Source of the DNA: a virus
DNA: 46,806 bases
Reading direction: 5' to 3' (one strand)
UHGV virus genome: UHGV-1361067
The notes below the pieces were generated by a model. The model was given only the letters and a program-made list of their open reading frames with translations, was not told the origin of the DNA and made no database searches. Numbering within the stretch: the first letter of the stretch is position 1; each line of letters begins with the position of its first letter. Below, piece after piece: positions 37,691 through 46,116 of the stretch. A program made the position numbers and the translations under genes.

Positions 37691-37884
37691 TCTGCTTTCT
37701 TTTTCTTTGTCGTCTTTTCTTGCGGGGTTGCGACTTCGAAAGACTTTTCCAGTTCTGGCATGACGCGCAGTTTTGACATCAGATGTTCAGCAGGTTCCGT
37801 GATAACCTCGCCAAGCTGCAATTCACGAATCTTGCCTTTCTCTTTAACAAAGATTCCGCGTGCGATGACTTCGTACTTAGCCAT
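37687..37884 (-). CDS. Hypothetical small protein (downstream of MCP)
   Basis: 65-aa ORF with a lysine-rich C-terminus. Confidence 0.4.
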   Translation of the reverse strand: MAKYEVIARGIFVKEKGKIRELQLGEVITEPAEHLMSKLRVMPELEKSFEVATPQEKTTKKKKAE

Positions 37885-37900
37885 TATTCACCTCAAATTC

Positions 37901-37926
37901 ACAAAGGGGCTTTCGCCCCTTTCTAT
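37901..37926. terminator. Bidirectional hairpin AAAGGGGC-tttc-GCCCCTTT
   Basis: Perfect palindrome immediately 3' of the major capsid gene. Confidence 0.55.
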
Positions 37927-38996
37927 TACAGCGGAGTTTGTGTGCCGTAGCCGTTGAACACTCTGGACTTGCCGGTAGCATCCTTACGAATCTGCAGACC
38001 AAAAGCAGACCACACGAGGAAGTTAAAGTTATCGTGCGGGTTGGTGCGGGCTGCCGCATAGGTGGAAACAGGCTGAGCAACACGCGGACGGATGTACATG
38101 TCGTTGCGAACGTAGCCAACGAAATGGTTACCAGTCAGCAGGAAGTTGGTGCCAATCTTGCCGATACGACCATTGCCGAACTGCGTGATGTACTGCTCAA
38201 CCGTGCCGCCTTTGAAACCTGCCGCATCAGAATACGGACGCATGAAACTACGGCGCACTGCCGGGGAAACCCACAGAGTCACTTGCTCAAATACGTTCTG
38301 CGCATCCAGAATAGCCTGGAAATCCTGATTGAAGAACTTCACGATTTTGTCTGGCGTTGCGGTTTGCAGGTCGATATTCAGGCCATCGGAATCGTTCAGG
38401 TTAACCTGAACAGTGTTCGGGTGGTTAGTGATACCGTAGCCAGTGTAAACGCCGTTCACGTTCAGAGTCTGGTCGCCAGTCAGCAGATACTGCGCCATAT
38501 CGGAACGCAGGTTGAAGGTGACGTTAGCCTGATCGTCCAGCAGTGGGTCAAAACCTTCGGACTGCATACCCAGCAGTTCGCGCCATTCGCGGCTGTAGCC
38601 AGTTTTGAAGATTGGAATCACATCGCCAGTGTAATCGTAGCGAGTTTTATCCAAATCTTCCGGCTCCTGACCAGACAGGGTGCGGACAACCTTACCAGCA
38701 TCAGAAGCAATGCGGCTGATTGCCACAGTCTTACCGATATTGATGTTTGCCGCAATGCCCATCAGGTCAGCCATCATATCCTGACCAGCTTCGTTGCGGA
38801 AAACGCGGGTGGTGACGTTATCCACGTCGCGCCAGTAATCTTTCGTTACCAGTGCGGTGGCGTTCACACCGTATGTTTTCGCCAGTTCAGCTTCTGCGTT
38901 GCAGAACACCTTACGGTCGATGGTCAGATGTTTCCACTGGTCAGCCACTACTGCGGAGTTGGCTACCAAATCTTTGGTAAAAATAATCTTTTCCAT
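37926..38996 (-). CDS. Major capsid protein
   Basis: 356 aa. Sits after the scaffold and decoration genes and is followed by a strong terminator. Size and composition are typical of HK97-fold MCPs. Confidence 0.7.
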   Translation of the reverse strand: MEKIIFTKDLVANSAVVADQWKHLTIDRKVFCNAEAELAKTYGVNATALVTKDYWRDVDNVTTRVFRNEAGQDMMADLMGIAANINIGKTVAISRIASDAGKVVRTLSGQEPEDLDKTRYDYTGDVIPIFKTGYSREWRELLGMQSEGFDPLLDDQANVTFNLRSDMAQYLLTGDQTLNVNGVYTGYGITNHPNTVQVNLNDSDGLNIDLQTATPDKIVKFFNQDFQAILDAQNVFEQVTLWVSPAVRRSFMRPYSDAAGFKGGTVEQYITQFGNGRIGKIGTNFLLTGNHFVGYVRNDMYIRPRVAQPVSTYAAARTNPHDNFNFLVWSAFGLQIRKDATGKSRVFNGYGTQTPL

Positions 38997-39469
38997 TACA
39001 GTTCTCCAGCAGGCATGGAAGCATTGCCAGCGCGACGAACTGCAACCAGCTCAGCGCCATCAGAGGCAACGGTATAAGTTTCATCGGAATAGAACAGGAT
39101 ATTTTCCTTATTAGCGGCAACTTTCAGCGCACCAGTGCCATCACTTGCCAGCGGAGTGCCTTTCTTCAGTTCGGAAGATTTAGCAACCAGTGCGTGATAG
39201 GTGACGCCAAATTCACACTGCACAGCCATGCCAGTAGCGCCAGCGGGAACATCTTCAGATACATCACCACCACCGAGGTAGTTATGCTGGAGCACATAAG
39301 GGAAACCCTGACCACCATCGGTAGCGTGTGCGATGATTTTGTCATCGGCAGTATCGAAGTCAACCAGTGCGCCCGGCTTCAACGCTGCCTTCATGATGCC
39401 TTCACGAATCTGCGGGTCATTTTTGCGGGCCGGGCCGCCGATGATGGTGCCATAACGGATAGTAGCCAT
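38996..39469 (-). CDS. Head decoration / accessory capsid protein
   Basis: 157 aa, G-rich, between the scaffold and MCP genes. Confidence 0.4.
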   Translation of the reverse strand: MATIRYGTIIGGPARKNDPQIREGIMKAALKPGALVDFDTADDKIIAHATDGGQGFPYVLQHNYLGGGDVSEDVPAGATGMAVQCEFGVTYHALVAKSSELKKGTPLASDGTGALKVAANKENILFYSDETYTVASDGAELVAVRRAGNASMPAGEL

Positions 39470-40743
39470 TATTCAGGTGCCTCCATATCAAAATCTTCTT
39501 CGGCGCGGTTCGGCTGGAACCCGCCGGAAATCGGAGCCGCTTTACTGGTGAGTGCATAGGTTTCACGCAGTGCTTCGCCAGTCAGCGCATTAACAGCAGA
39601 TTCCGGCAACTTCAACTCAGCCATAATGGCGGCGCGCATTGCGGTCTCTTCTTGCGCAGCATTGGCTTGCAGCTGGTCGCGTAGGGTTTTGTTTTGCGCC
39701 TCCACATCGGCCAGTTTCTGGTTGACTGCGGTCAACGATTCCTGAACCGGTTTGAGGGCTTCAGCGAGTACCGCCTGTAATTCCTCGTTCGTCATTGAGA
39801 TTTCCCCTTGAGTTGTTTTTACCGGTTCAAGCTCTGTCTTATAAACAGCCTTAACCCGTTCACCGACTAATTCTACCATATCCTCACGGACGATGTAGGA
39901 CTGCATATAAATGGTGCCGTCAATCTCAACGCCGAAGTAATTATCATAAACGGCGACGATATAAGGCCACGAGTCGGCTGGCATCTCGGCCTTGATGATA
40001 TTGCGGAGCTGCTCGGTAATATCGGTGAATGACAGTTGATTGCCAGTCAGGCGATTGATGGCGCGCTGCCACCATTTGATTTTGTTTGCACTTTCGTCTG
40101 GAATAGCCGATTCCTCAAGGTTAACCACGACGCGCTCAATGTCTTCGCCATTGGTGGCAAAAATGCCAACACCATCTTCTGGTGTTCCAGCCCCTGGCAC
40201 GCCCGGAGGAAGAATGGCGAGGTGATCCCATTCCATATTCCTGGCAATCCACGTGTATTTCTTGCCTTTGCTTGTTCCTTCCGCTGCTTCACGGTTAAGC
40301 AATAGGCCAGTGGATACATGAATTGGCTCTGCACTATCGGCAGAATTCATTAGCGCCTCAATGCGACCAAGTAACTCCCGACCTTTCTCTGAGCGACCAG
40401 CGATAACTTTGTTTACCTTTAGGTCAACAAGCACCTTTCCGCCATCGTGTGACGCGTTCTCGATCCATGAGCCGACATGGTACTGGTTCACGGCGCGAAT
40501 ATTGTGAGCGGACACATAAGAACCGTCTACCACCGGGTGATTGTACGGCGCCGGATTTCCATTCAGACCATTATATGACTTCTTGATTTCGTCAGATGGA
40601 TACATCCCGCCATTCATCACTACATCATCGACAAGAGGAACAACATTCTTTATAATGTAATGCATGTCTCCATCAATAACCTGCTCGCTAATGTTGCTTG
40701 CGCTATTGATGGTGGTCAAGACGTTAACTTGTAACCTTTTCAT
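39469..40743 (-). CDS. Prohead protease / scaffolding protein (DUF2213-like)
   Basis: 424 aa with a C-terminal coiled coil ([38 protein letters not shown]) and an acidic tail. Position upstream of decoration and MCP. Confidence 0.5.
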   Translation of the reverse strand: MKRLQVNVLTTINSASNISEQVIDGDMHYIIKNVVPLVDDVVMNGGMYPSDEIKKSYNGLNGNPAPYNHPVVDGSYVSAHNIRAVNQYHVGSWIENASHDGGKVLVDLKVNKVIAGRSEKGRELLGRIEALMNSADSAEPIHVSTGLLLNREAAEGTSKGKKYTWIARNMEWDHLAILPPGVPGAGTPEDGVGIFATNGEDIERVVVNLEESAIPDESANKIKWWQRAINRLTGNQLSFTDITEQLRNIIKAEMPADSWPYIVAVYDNYFGVEIDGTIYMQSYIVREDMVELVGERVKAVYKTELEPVKTTQGEISMTNEELQAVLAEALKPVQESLTAVNQKLADVEAQNKTLRDQLQANAAQEETAMRAAIMAELKLPESAVNALTGEALRETYALTSKAAPISGGFQPNRAEEDFDMEAPE

Positions 40744-40769
40744 GTTAACTCCGAGTGTTTTTTTGATAT

Positions 40770-42179
40770 GTGGATTATATCATGCCGAAGAAGATGACGA
40801 TTGATGAACTCAAAGAAAAGCTGCGTAGCGTTCATGGCGAGACGTATGAGTATGATTTTTATACCTTCCATGGCTGCCACTCACCAATGAAAATAGTATG
40901 CAAAAAGCATGGGGAATTCTGGCAAAAGCCATCCAAACACCTTCATGGTCAGGGGTGTGCAAAGTGCCAAAAGGGCGTCATTTCTGTCGATGATTTTAAA
41001 TCAATGGCTTCCGCTGTTCACAGAGGAAAATATGACTATAGCAAGGTTTTTTTTGAAACGTTTTCTCGGGAAAAGGTAACAATCGGATGCCCGATCCATG
41101 GGTGGTTTGAGCAAGGAGCCTACATTCACCTGAAACGTGGTAATGGATGCCCAAGGTGCGGGGATGAGAGTTCGAGGAAAGCAAAGATCAAAATGTTCGG
41201 TGATTTTGTTGATGATGCGAAATGCATCCATGGAGATAAATATGAGTATTCACCGAATGGGTTTACTGGTTCCCGAGGCAAGATTAATATCTTATGCCCT
41301 GTGCATGGGGAGTTTACTCAGGGTGCAGCAAATCATCTTGCTGGGAATGGGTGCCCATCGTGCGCTGGAGTAATGTCAAACGCAGAAGCCGATATCCTTG
41401 CATTTGTTAAGTCACTAGACCCATATGCAATCAGTAGGGATAGAGCGACGATAGCGCCATATGAACTTGATATAGTCTCAAAATCCAAATCATTAGCCAT
41501 AGAGGTAAACGGCGTGTACTGGCACTCGGAGAAGGTCGGGAAAGATAGGCTTTATCACAGAATGAAGAGGGAGAGGGTTGAAGCGTCTGGAATGAGATTA
41601 ATAAGCATAAGAAGCGATATCTGGAGAGATAAAGAAGATTTGGTCAAATTAATAATAATGAATGCCATGGGCTGTAGGCCTAATGAAAACATAAACGCAA
41701 GAGAATGCGTCGTTAAAGAAGTATCAAGTCGTGATTCTAGGGATTTTCTTGATGCACATCACGTGATGGGTGGAAAGAACGCCAGCAGGCATTTCGGGCT
41801 GTTCAATGGTGATGATTTAGTTTCAGTTATGACTTTCACGATAAAATCAGGCGCAACAGAGCTTGTGAGGTTTGCGTCGAAGTGCAACGTTAGAGGCGGG
41901 CTTACCAAGATGCTAAAAAACTGCTCTTCAATCATCGGGTTTGACAGGTGCTTTAGTTATGTTGATCTTGATTTGTTTACTGGCAAGTCATACATAGCGG
42001 CAGGATTTAAACCAGTTAGCATAAAGCCAGGATTTGGCATAGTTAATGGCAGTAATGTAGAGTCAAGACAGAAATGGAACAAGGCGCCGAAAGGTATGAC
42101 CCAAACAGAATGGTACGAATCTGAGGGTGTTAGCAGGATATGGGACAGCGGACAGATGAGAATAGAGTGGAGTAGATAA
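40770..42179 (+). CDS. Homing-endonuclease-like protein: four tandem zinc-ribbon repeats + Vsr/DUF559-like PD-(D/E)xK nuclease domain
   Basis: Repeats of C-x2-HG-x-F…G-x-GC-x2-C, four times (CKKHGEFW…GCAKCQ; CPIHGWFE…GCPRCG; CIHGDK…; CPVHGEFT…GCPSCA). Then DIVSKSKSLAIEVNGVYWHSE, like Vsr-type AIFIDGCFWHGH. Confidence 0.5.
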   Translation: MDYIMPKKMTIDELKEKLRSVHGETYEYDFYTFHGCHSPMKIVCKKHGEFWQKPSKHLHGQGCAKCQKGVISVDDFKSMASAVHRGKYDYSKVFFETFSREKVTIGCPIHGWFEQGAYIHLKRGNGCPRCGDESSRKAKIKMFGDFVDDAKCIHGDKYEYSPNGFTGSRGKINILCPVHGEFTQGAANHLAGNGCPSCAGVMSNAEADILAFVKSLDPYAISRDRATIAPYELDIVSKSKSLAIEVNGVYWHSEKVGKDRLYHRMKRERVEASGMRLISIRSDIWRDKEDLVKLIIMNAMGCRPNENINARECVVKEVSSRDSRDFLDAHHVMGGKNASRHFGLFNGDDLVSVMTFTIKSGATELVRFASKCNVRGGLTKMLKNCSSIIGFDRCFSYVDLDLFTGKSYIAAGFKPVSIKPGFGIVNGSNVESRQKWNKAPKGMTQTEWYESEGVSRIWDSGQMRIEWSR

Positions 42180-42181
42180 AC

Positions 42182-42212
42182 AAATAAAAGGCGTCATGTG
42201 GCGCCTTTTTTA
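42182..42212 (+). terminator. Rho-independent terminator AAGGCG-tcatgtgg-CGCCTT + T6
   Basis: Lies after the gene at 40770-42179. Confidence 0.5.
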
Positions 42213-42316
42213 TATCTAGCAGCAATAAAGCACCACGAAACGGACGCAAGAAGGTAAAGCGGAGATGCGGTAAAAGCGAAAAGAGTAGCAAAGAATGATA
42301 TCAGTATGATTGGCAT
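42194..42316 (-). CDS. Small hydrophobic peptide (40 aa, single TM + basic tail)
   Basis: AGGAGG SD 6 nt before the ATG. MPIILISFFATLFAFTASPLYLLASVSWCFIAARYKKGAT. A 10-bp inverted repeat GGCTGCTACC/GGTAGCAGCC spans the RBS and start. Confidence 0.35.
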   Translation of the reverse strand: MPIILISFFATLFAFTASPLYLLASVSWCFIAARYKKGAT

Positions 42317-42360
42317 GGCTGCTACCTCCTGAATGCAAGGTAGCAGCCAATGATGAAGAT

Positions 42361-42705
42361 TTATTGAGGACTATTCTTATTTAGCATTCCGCAGTTAATT
42401 TTTGCGCGGTTTACTGCATCCATGAATTTCCCGATGGGCATCGTTTTGCGGATTTCAGCCAGAATAGCGCCGTGCAACATTCTTTCCTCACCGTAGTAGA
42501 GCTTATCAAGACGGGTGCGAACCAGCGCGCGGGTGCGCTGCATATGTCCCTTCGCCTTCATGGCCTTCTCTTTCCATACCCTGCCTGCATCATGATTCCC
42601 GGAGAGCTGGCGCTCGATAGCTTCGATTTCAAAGGCAAGCATCATATCCCATGAGTCAAGCTCGCTAATTGTTGCTTCCATGATTTCGTTAAGTTGTAGT
42701 TTCAT
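42361..42705 (-). CDS. Hypothetical protein
   Basis: 114-aa ORF. Confidence 0.45.
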   Translation of the reverse strand: MKLQLNEIMEATISELDSWDMMLAFEIEAIERQLSGNHDAGRVWKEKAMKAKGHMQRTRALVRTRLDKLYYGEERMLHGAILAEIRKTMPIGKFMDAVNRAKINCGMLNKNSPQ

Positions 42706-42996
42706 TTACGACTCCACATCCAAATGTTTGACTTCGCCATCTTTGTATAACCTCCAGGGGATGCAAACGATGCATCCACCAATATTCATTTCAATGGAGT
42801 GCTCACCCTCTCTGAATGAATCTGCATGCCACTGGCTAACTGTGTCGTCGTGCCATGTAATTTTAATTAATGCGCTTTTTGGTTTGCTCACATTCACCTC
42901 CTCCACTATCCATCCCATCTCTCTACGATTATTGGCTGTGCGTTCACAGTTGGTGACAAACAGCACGGTTCCTGATTTATGCTTTACCGCCCACAT
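42706..42996 (-). CDS. Hypothetical protein
   Basis: 96-aa ORF. Confidence 0.45.
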   Translation of the reverse strand: MWAVKHKSGTVLFVTNCERTANNRREMGWIVEEVNVSKPKSALIKITWHDDTVSQWHADSFREGEHSIEMNIGGCIVCIPWRLYKDGEVKHLDVES

Positions 42997-43454
42997 GACT
43001 GGCGCGCCCCGGCAAGCAACTTTTCAAACATCATCCTGTCACGGCTCATGCCAAACGGGATGATCTCCTGCCAGTAATATTTCCATGCGCCGCCGGGAAG
43101 CATTTCACGATCAACCTGACCAATGCTTGCCAGGTAGCGCATGCGTGCCTTGAGGATGGTGTAGTTGACGCCGACAGCCTCCGCTATCTGCTTGCTCTTG
43201 CGCCCGGGATTCGCCTCAAGATAGGTCTGAATTGCCAGGTCAAGCGCAGTATTATCGGGATTGAGGAAATACTTAAAGCAGCGCCTGCCATGGCTTACGC
43301 TTTCCTCTTTAATAATAAATCCCATGCCCTCAAGCTCAATCAGATAACCAGTAACGCTGGCTCGGTTTGTCATGCCAGTCTGCTTGCGTATCATGGCATT
43401 GGTTGCGCCGCCGCAGCGCTCTATCACCGTGAGTATTTGCGTTTTAAAGTCCAT
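42984..43454 (-). CDS. Putative DNA-binding protein with two winged-helix domains
   Basis: Likely start is MDFKTQIL at 43454. Two wHTH-like segments: ILTVIERCGGATNAMIRKQTGMTNRASVTGYLIELEGMGFI and IQTYLEANPGRKSKQIAEAVGVNYTILKARMRYLASIGQV. Confidence 0.45.
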   Translation of the reverse strand: MDFKTQILTVIERCGGATNAMIRKQTGMTNRASVTGYLIELEGMGFIIKEESVSHGRRCFKYFLNPDNTALDLAIQTYLEANPGRKSKQIAEAVGVNYTILKARMRYLASIGQVDREMLPGGAWKYYWQEIIPFGMSRDRMMFEKLLAGARQSCGR

Positions 43455-43680
43455 TTGCGCGCTCCATTGCATCCCGTTTGTAGTCGTCAGCGGTGTAGAG
43501 ATGGCCATTTCTGGTATTCCATCTCCTGCGCATCAATTCGTCATTTCGATATTCTGCCGTTCGCATTTCACATTCGCCGCATTCAATGTATCGCCACCCA
43601 TCATCAGTTTCAATTCCGACATCCATCGAGCCGCAGTGGGCGCACTCCAGCAACCCCTCATCATTCATCATTGGCTTCAT
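43444..43680 (-). CDS. Lar-family (restriction alleviation-like) zinc-ribbon protein
   Basis: LECAHCGS…YIECGECEMRTAEYRNDELMRRRWNTR matches the Lar family pattern (CxxCG…C..C…WNTR). Confidence 0.55.
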   Translation of the reverse strand: MKPMMNDEGLLECAHCGSMDVGIETDDGWRYIECGECEMRTAEYRNDELMRRRWNTRNGHLYTADDYKRDAMERANGL

Positions 43681-43912
43681 TTATCGCCTCCTTAATCATA
43701 AATTTCATCTGAATACCACATAGTTTAAGCAACACCTTATCCCTGCGATAATCTCGCTTTCTGTTTGGCCTTCTGCGCTTAGGATGTAGCTTTTGCTTCA
43801 ATGTTCGGCGGTCAGGCTGGTTTCGCTGCCATCTGGCCCTTGCGTTGTTTTCCCTGATATCAGCCATGATTAACTGATGCAGGGTGCTGGCCTTGCTCAT
43901 TTCGCCACCCAT
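43661..43912 (-). CDS. Hypothetical basic protein
   Basis: 83-aa ORF, Arg/Lys-rich. Confidence 0.4.
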   Translation of the reverse strand: MGGEMSKASTLHQLIMADIRENNARARWQRNQPDRRTLKQKLHPKRRRPNRKRDYRRDKVLLKLCGIQMKFMIKEAINEANDE

Positions 43913-44088
43913 TCACCAATATTGCTGAAATGCGGGCGCCCTTCGCGCCACTCGATAATTTCGCGGTTAACCTGCCGCTGCATGCGGTTGCGAACTTCGC
44001 GCAATTCGCTTTCAACCCAGGCGCGAGTACGGTCGAGTTCCTCCAGCTTGTTCAACAACTCTTTTTCGTACACCTGATCAGTATTCAT
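43897..44088 (-). CDS. Hypothetical coiled-coil protein
   Basis: 63-aa ORF. Confidence 0.4.
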   Translation of the reverse strand: MNTDQVYEKELLNKLEELDRTRAWVESELREVRNRMQRQVNREIIEWREGRPHFSNIGEWVAK

Positions 44089-44254
44089 TTTTTCTCTCCA
44101 TCAGCACTTTGTAGTGAACGCCATAATATTTGAGCACCTGACTATGGTTGTGCAGATACCCGTCATCATCTTCAATCGGTAGTCTTACCACAATGTAAAA
44201 CGCCCGGTAGAGTTCTGTCCATCCATGACAACATTTGCGCTTCCTCGGCTTCAT
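44078..44254 (-). CDS. Hypothetical small protein
   Basis: 58 aa from MKPRKRK…. It overlaps the upstream gene by about 80 nt in another frame, so confidence is low. Confidence 0.25.
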   Translation of the reverse strand: MKPRKRKCCHGWTELYRAFYIVVRLPIEDDDGYLHNHSQVLKYYGVHYKVLMERKNEY

Positions 44255-44387
44255 GGGCGGCCTCCATAGCAGCCAGATCAATGCGCTGCTCGATAGATTT
44301 AATGATTGACTCTGGCACATTAAGCATTTGCAGAGTCTCCCGGCAATCGCGCTTATGAACCTCTGTCACCTCCTGCCATTTCTTCAT
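44172..44387 (-). CDS. Hypothetical protein (first gene of the leftward operon)
   Basis: Start MKKWQEV at 44387, with a GAGGAG SD. Confidence 0.45.
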   Translation of the reverse strand: MKKWQEVTEVHKRDCRETLQMLNVPESIIKSIEQRIDLAAMEAAHEAEEAQMLSWMDRTLPGVLHCGKTTD

Positions 44388-44433
44388 TCCACACCACTCC
44401 TCATCACTGTGATATAATCTACACCATCTAGTA

Positions 44434-44459
44434 TTGACTAATTGACGTAGATTAGTCAA
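44434..44459. promoter_or_regulatory. 26-bp palindromic operator TTGACTAAT-TGACGTAG-ATTAGTCAA in a divergent promoter region
   Basis: Perfect 9-bp inverted arms around an ACGT core. It contains the TTGACGTAGATT motif. A TATAAT lies at 44413-44418, and GTGTAGATT sits on the minus strand at 44416-44424. Confidence 0.6.
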
Positions 44460-44483
44460 GATGGTTTTCACAGGAGAGCGACA

Positions 44484-44684
44484 ATGGCGAGACAACGCAA
44501 AGAACCACTGGAAGTACTGACTGAGATTATCGCTAAGCGCCAGCCGTTAAGCCTGCGAGATGTCAGATATTACGCGCACTGCTATGTAGCAATGCGGGAA
44601 TGGAGCGCTGAAGAAATGTATGCGTTTGTGCGTGAGCACTTCAGCGTGGATGAGAAAAACAAAGTTACGTTGAGGGTGGAGTGA
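44484..44684 (+). CDS. Hypothetical protein
   Basis: 66-aa ORF with a GGAGAG SD. Confidence 0.5.
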   Translation: MARQRKEPLEVLTEIIAKRQPLSLRDVRYYAHCYVAMREWSAEEMYAFVREHFSVDEKNKVTLRVE

Positions 44685-45154
44685 TGAAATACAAATACCT
44701 GAAAGGAAGTGCTGATTATTTTAATGGTCATGAAGATGCCGTTCTTGCTGTGAAGTCAGCAACCAGTGGCAAAATCCACTACCTCAGTGCGGATTATGCA
44801 GGGCGAGATAAGGATATCGAAAAGGCTGGCGATATTGTTATCGCCCATCGTGAGCCAGTAACTGATGATGACTTGAATTGGCGCACCATCTCAACAGAAG
44901 CCCTCATCACCGAGCGCGGCAACCGTTATGGCAAATTCAAAGACGGCGCAGAAATCATGCGATCTCTGAAACGAGTTATGCATGACGCGGAGGGCTGGAA
45001 TAACCTGACGGCGAGCCAGAAGGAAGCGCTCGACATGATTCAGCATAAAATTGGTCGCATCCTGAATGGCGACCCGACATACGACGATAGCTGGAAAGAC
45101 ATCGCTGGCTATGCAACATTAATTGTTAATGAACTGAATGGGGAGGTGAAGTGA
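44681..45154 (+). CDS. Hypothetical protein (possibly MazG/DUF550-like)
   Basis: 157-aa ORF. ATGA overlap with the upstream gene. Confidence 0.45.
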   Translation: MMKYKYLKGSADYFNGHEDAVLAVKSATSGKIHYLSADYAGRDKDIEKAGDIVIAHREPVTDDDLNWRTISTEALITERGNRYGKFKDGAEIMRSLKRVMHDAEGWNNLTASQKEALDMIQHKIGRILNGDPTYDDSWKDIAGYATLIVNELNGEVK

Positions 45155-45366
45155 TGCCAATACAAGACCCCGTGCCACGCATTGAAATCGACATGGTGGA
45201 GTTACACGAACCTGCCCGGCGCGATTATCATGTCCCGAGGCTTGGAGAACCAGCAGCCTACATCATCACCAGCAATCGTGGTCGCCGTTATCTGGCATTT
45301 GCTGGTAGTGTTGAGCATCAGAATGCGACCATGTTTGGGTACAAAATGGAGGCGCTTTATGCGTGA
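45151..45366 (+). CDS. Hypothetical protein
   Basis: 71-aa ORF. ATGA overlap. Confidence 0.4.
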   Translation: MMPIQDPVPRIEIDMVELHEPARRDYHVPRLGEPAAYIITSNRGRRYLAFAGSVEHQNATMFGYKMEALYA

Positions 45367-45386
45367 GATTGACCTTGGCATTTTCT

Positions 45387-45417
45387 AAAACAAAGCCCCT
45401 TACGGGGCTTTTTTATT
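45387..45417. terminator. Bidirectional terminator AAAGCCCC-ttac-GGGGCTTTTTT
   Basis: Hairpin between the rightward 3-gene cassette and the convergent lysis cassette. Confidence 0.6.
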
Positions 45418-45658
45418 GGAAGTTATCGCGATACCAATCCTGCCAGTCGTAAATCGTCATCTTTCTTTTTGTGGCGCACTCCGTGTTCTGGTTCTCCATA
45501 ACGATACTTTCGTCGCTATTTTTTGGCGCCACTTTCGATAATTCGCACACCTGACCTAGCATCTCTGCTGACGGAGGCGTCGGCGTCGAGTGATTGTTGG
45601 CGCAACCGCTGATAGTTGTCATCAAAAACACACACATTACGATTCGGGTCGGAGACAT
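45413..45658 (-). CDS. o-spanin (Rz1-like outer-membrane lipoprotein)
   Basis: Lipobox …TISG|C. Pro-rich (TPTPPS) mature region. Lies in the +1 frame overlapping the 3' part of the i-spanin gene. Confidence 0.65.
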   Translation of the reverse strand: MSPTRIVMCVFLMTTISGCANNHSTPTPPSAEMLGQVCELSKVAPKNSDESIVMENQNTECATKRKMTIYDWQDWYRDNFQ

Positions 45659-45896
45659 ATTTCACCACGTCGCGGTAAATGGTTTTGTATTTGGTTTCAG
45701 TCACAACGCGCACCTGCTGAGATTGCTCCGTGGACTTAGCCTGCTTGCTTTGCACCTCCTGCCTGCGCTTTTCTGCGTCACGATTAACTTTTTCGCTGTG
45801 CGCATACCATCCCTTCATGTATCCAGCGCCATAACCAGATGCAGCAATGATTACCGCGACGCCTATGGCGATTAGAATTAACTTAATTCTGGTCAT
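45516..45896 (-). CDS. i-spanin (Rz-like)
   Basis: N-terminal TM (LILIAIGVAVIIAASGYGAG), then a charged coiled coil. Confidence 0.65.
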   Translation of the reverse strand: MTRIKLILIAIGVAVIIAASGYGAGYMKGWYAHSEKVNRDAEKRRQEVQSKQAKSTEQSQQVRVVTETKYKTIYRDVVKYVSDPNRNVCVFDDNYQRLRQQSLDADASVSRDARSGVRIIESGAKK

Positions 45897-46116
45897 TTTT
45901 CAGCGCCTTAATCTCTTTCTTCATGTCGTGCATTTTTCCAAACAGCGAGGCAAGAAGGATGCTGTAGCTGATCGCCTTTACCGCAATCGGCGGAATGGCA
46001 GACCTGAGGTCTTCAGGCATGAAAGCCCACACATGAACCATGGCGTCAGGCCAGAGCTGAATCAGCGAGCAGAATGATGCCCAAATGCCGATAAGCCAGT
46101 TACTGATGCGCTTCAT
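45883..46116 (-). CDS. Putative holin (2 TMDs)
   Basis: Start MKRISNWL at 46116 (ATGA overlap with the endolysin stop). Two hydrophobic helices and a charged C-terminus. Confidence 0.45.
   Translation of the reverse strand: MKRISNWLIGIWASFCSLIQLWPDAMVHVWAFMPEDLRSAIPPIAVKAISYSILLASLFGKMHDMKKEIKALKNDQN

Noticed and set aside
37938-39077. 379-aa plus-strand ORF, and similar long antisense ORFs (1974-2675, 338-658, 4517-4942, 4943-5281, 27809-29482 region)
   Set aside because: These are shadow ORFs lying entirely inside well-supported minus-strand genes (MCP, portal, TerL, TMP). They are Ala/Arg/Ser/Cys-rich with no RBS, which is typical of antisense frames in GC-balanced DNA.
44078-44320. 80-aa ORF as annotated on the track (starting MCQSQS…)
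   Set aside because: The upstream 22 codons overlap the better-supported 44172-44387 gene and lack an RBS. Only the shorter MKPRKRK… version was kept, and with low confidence.
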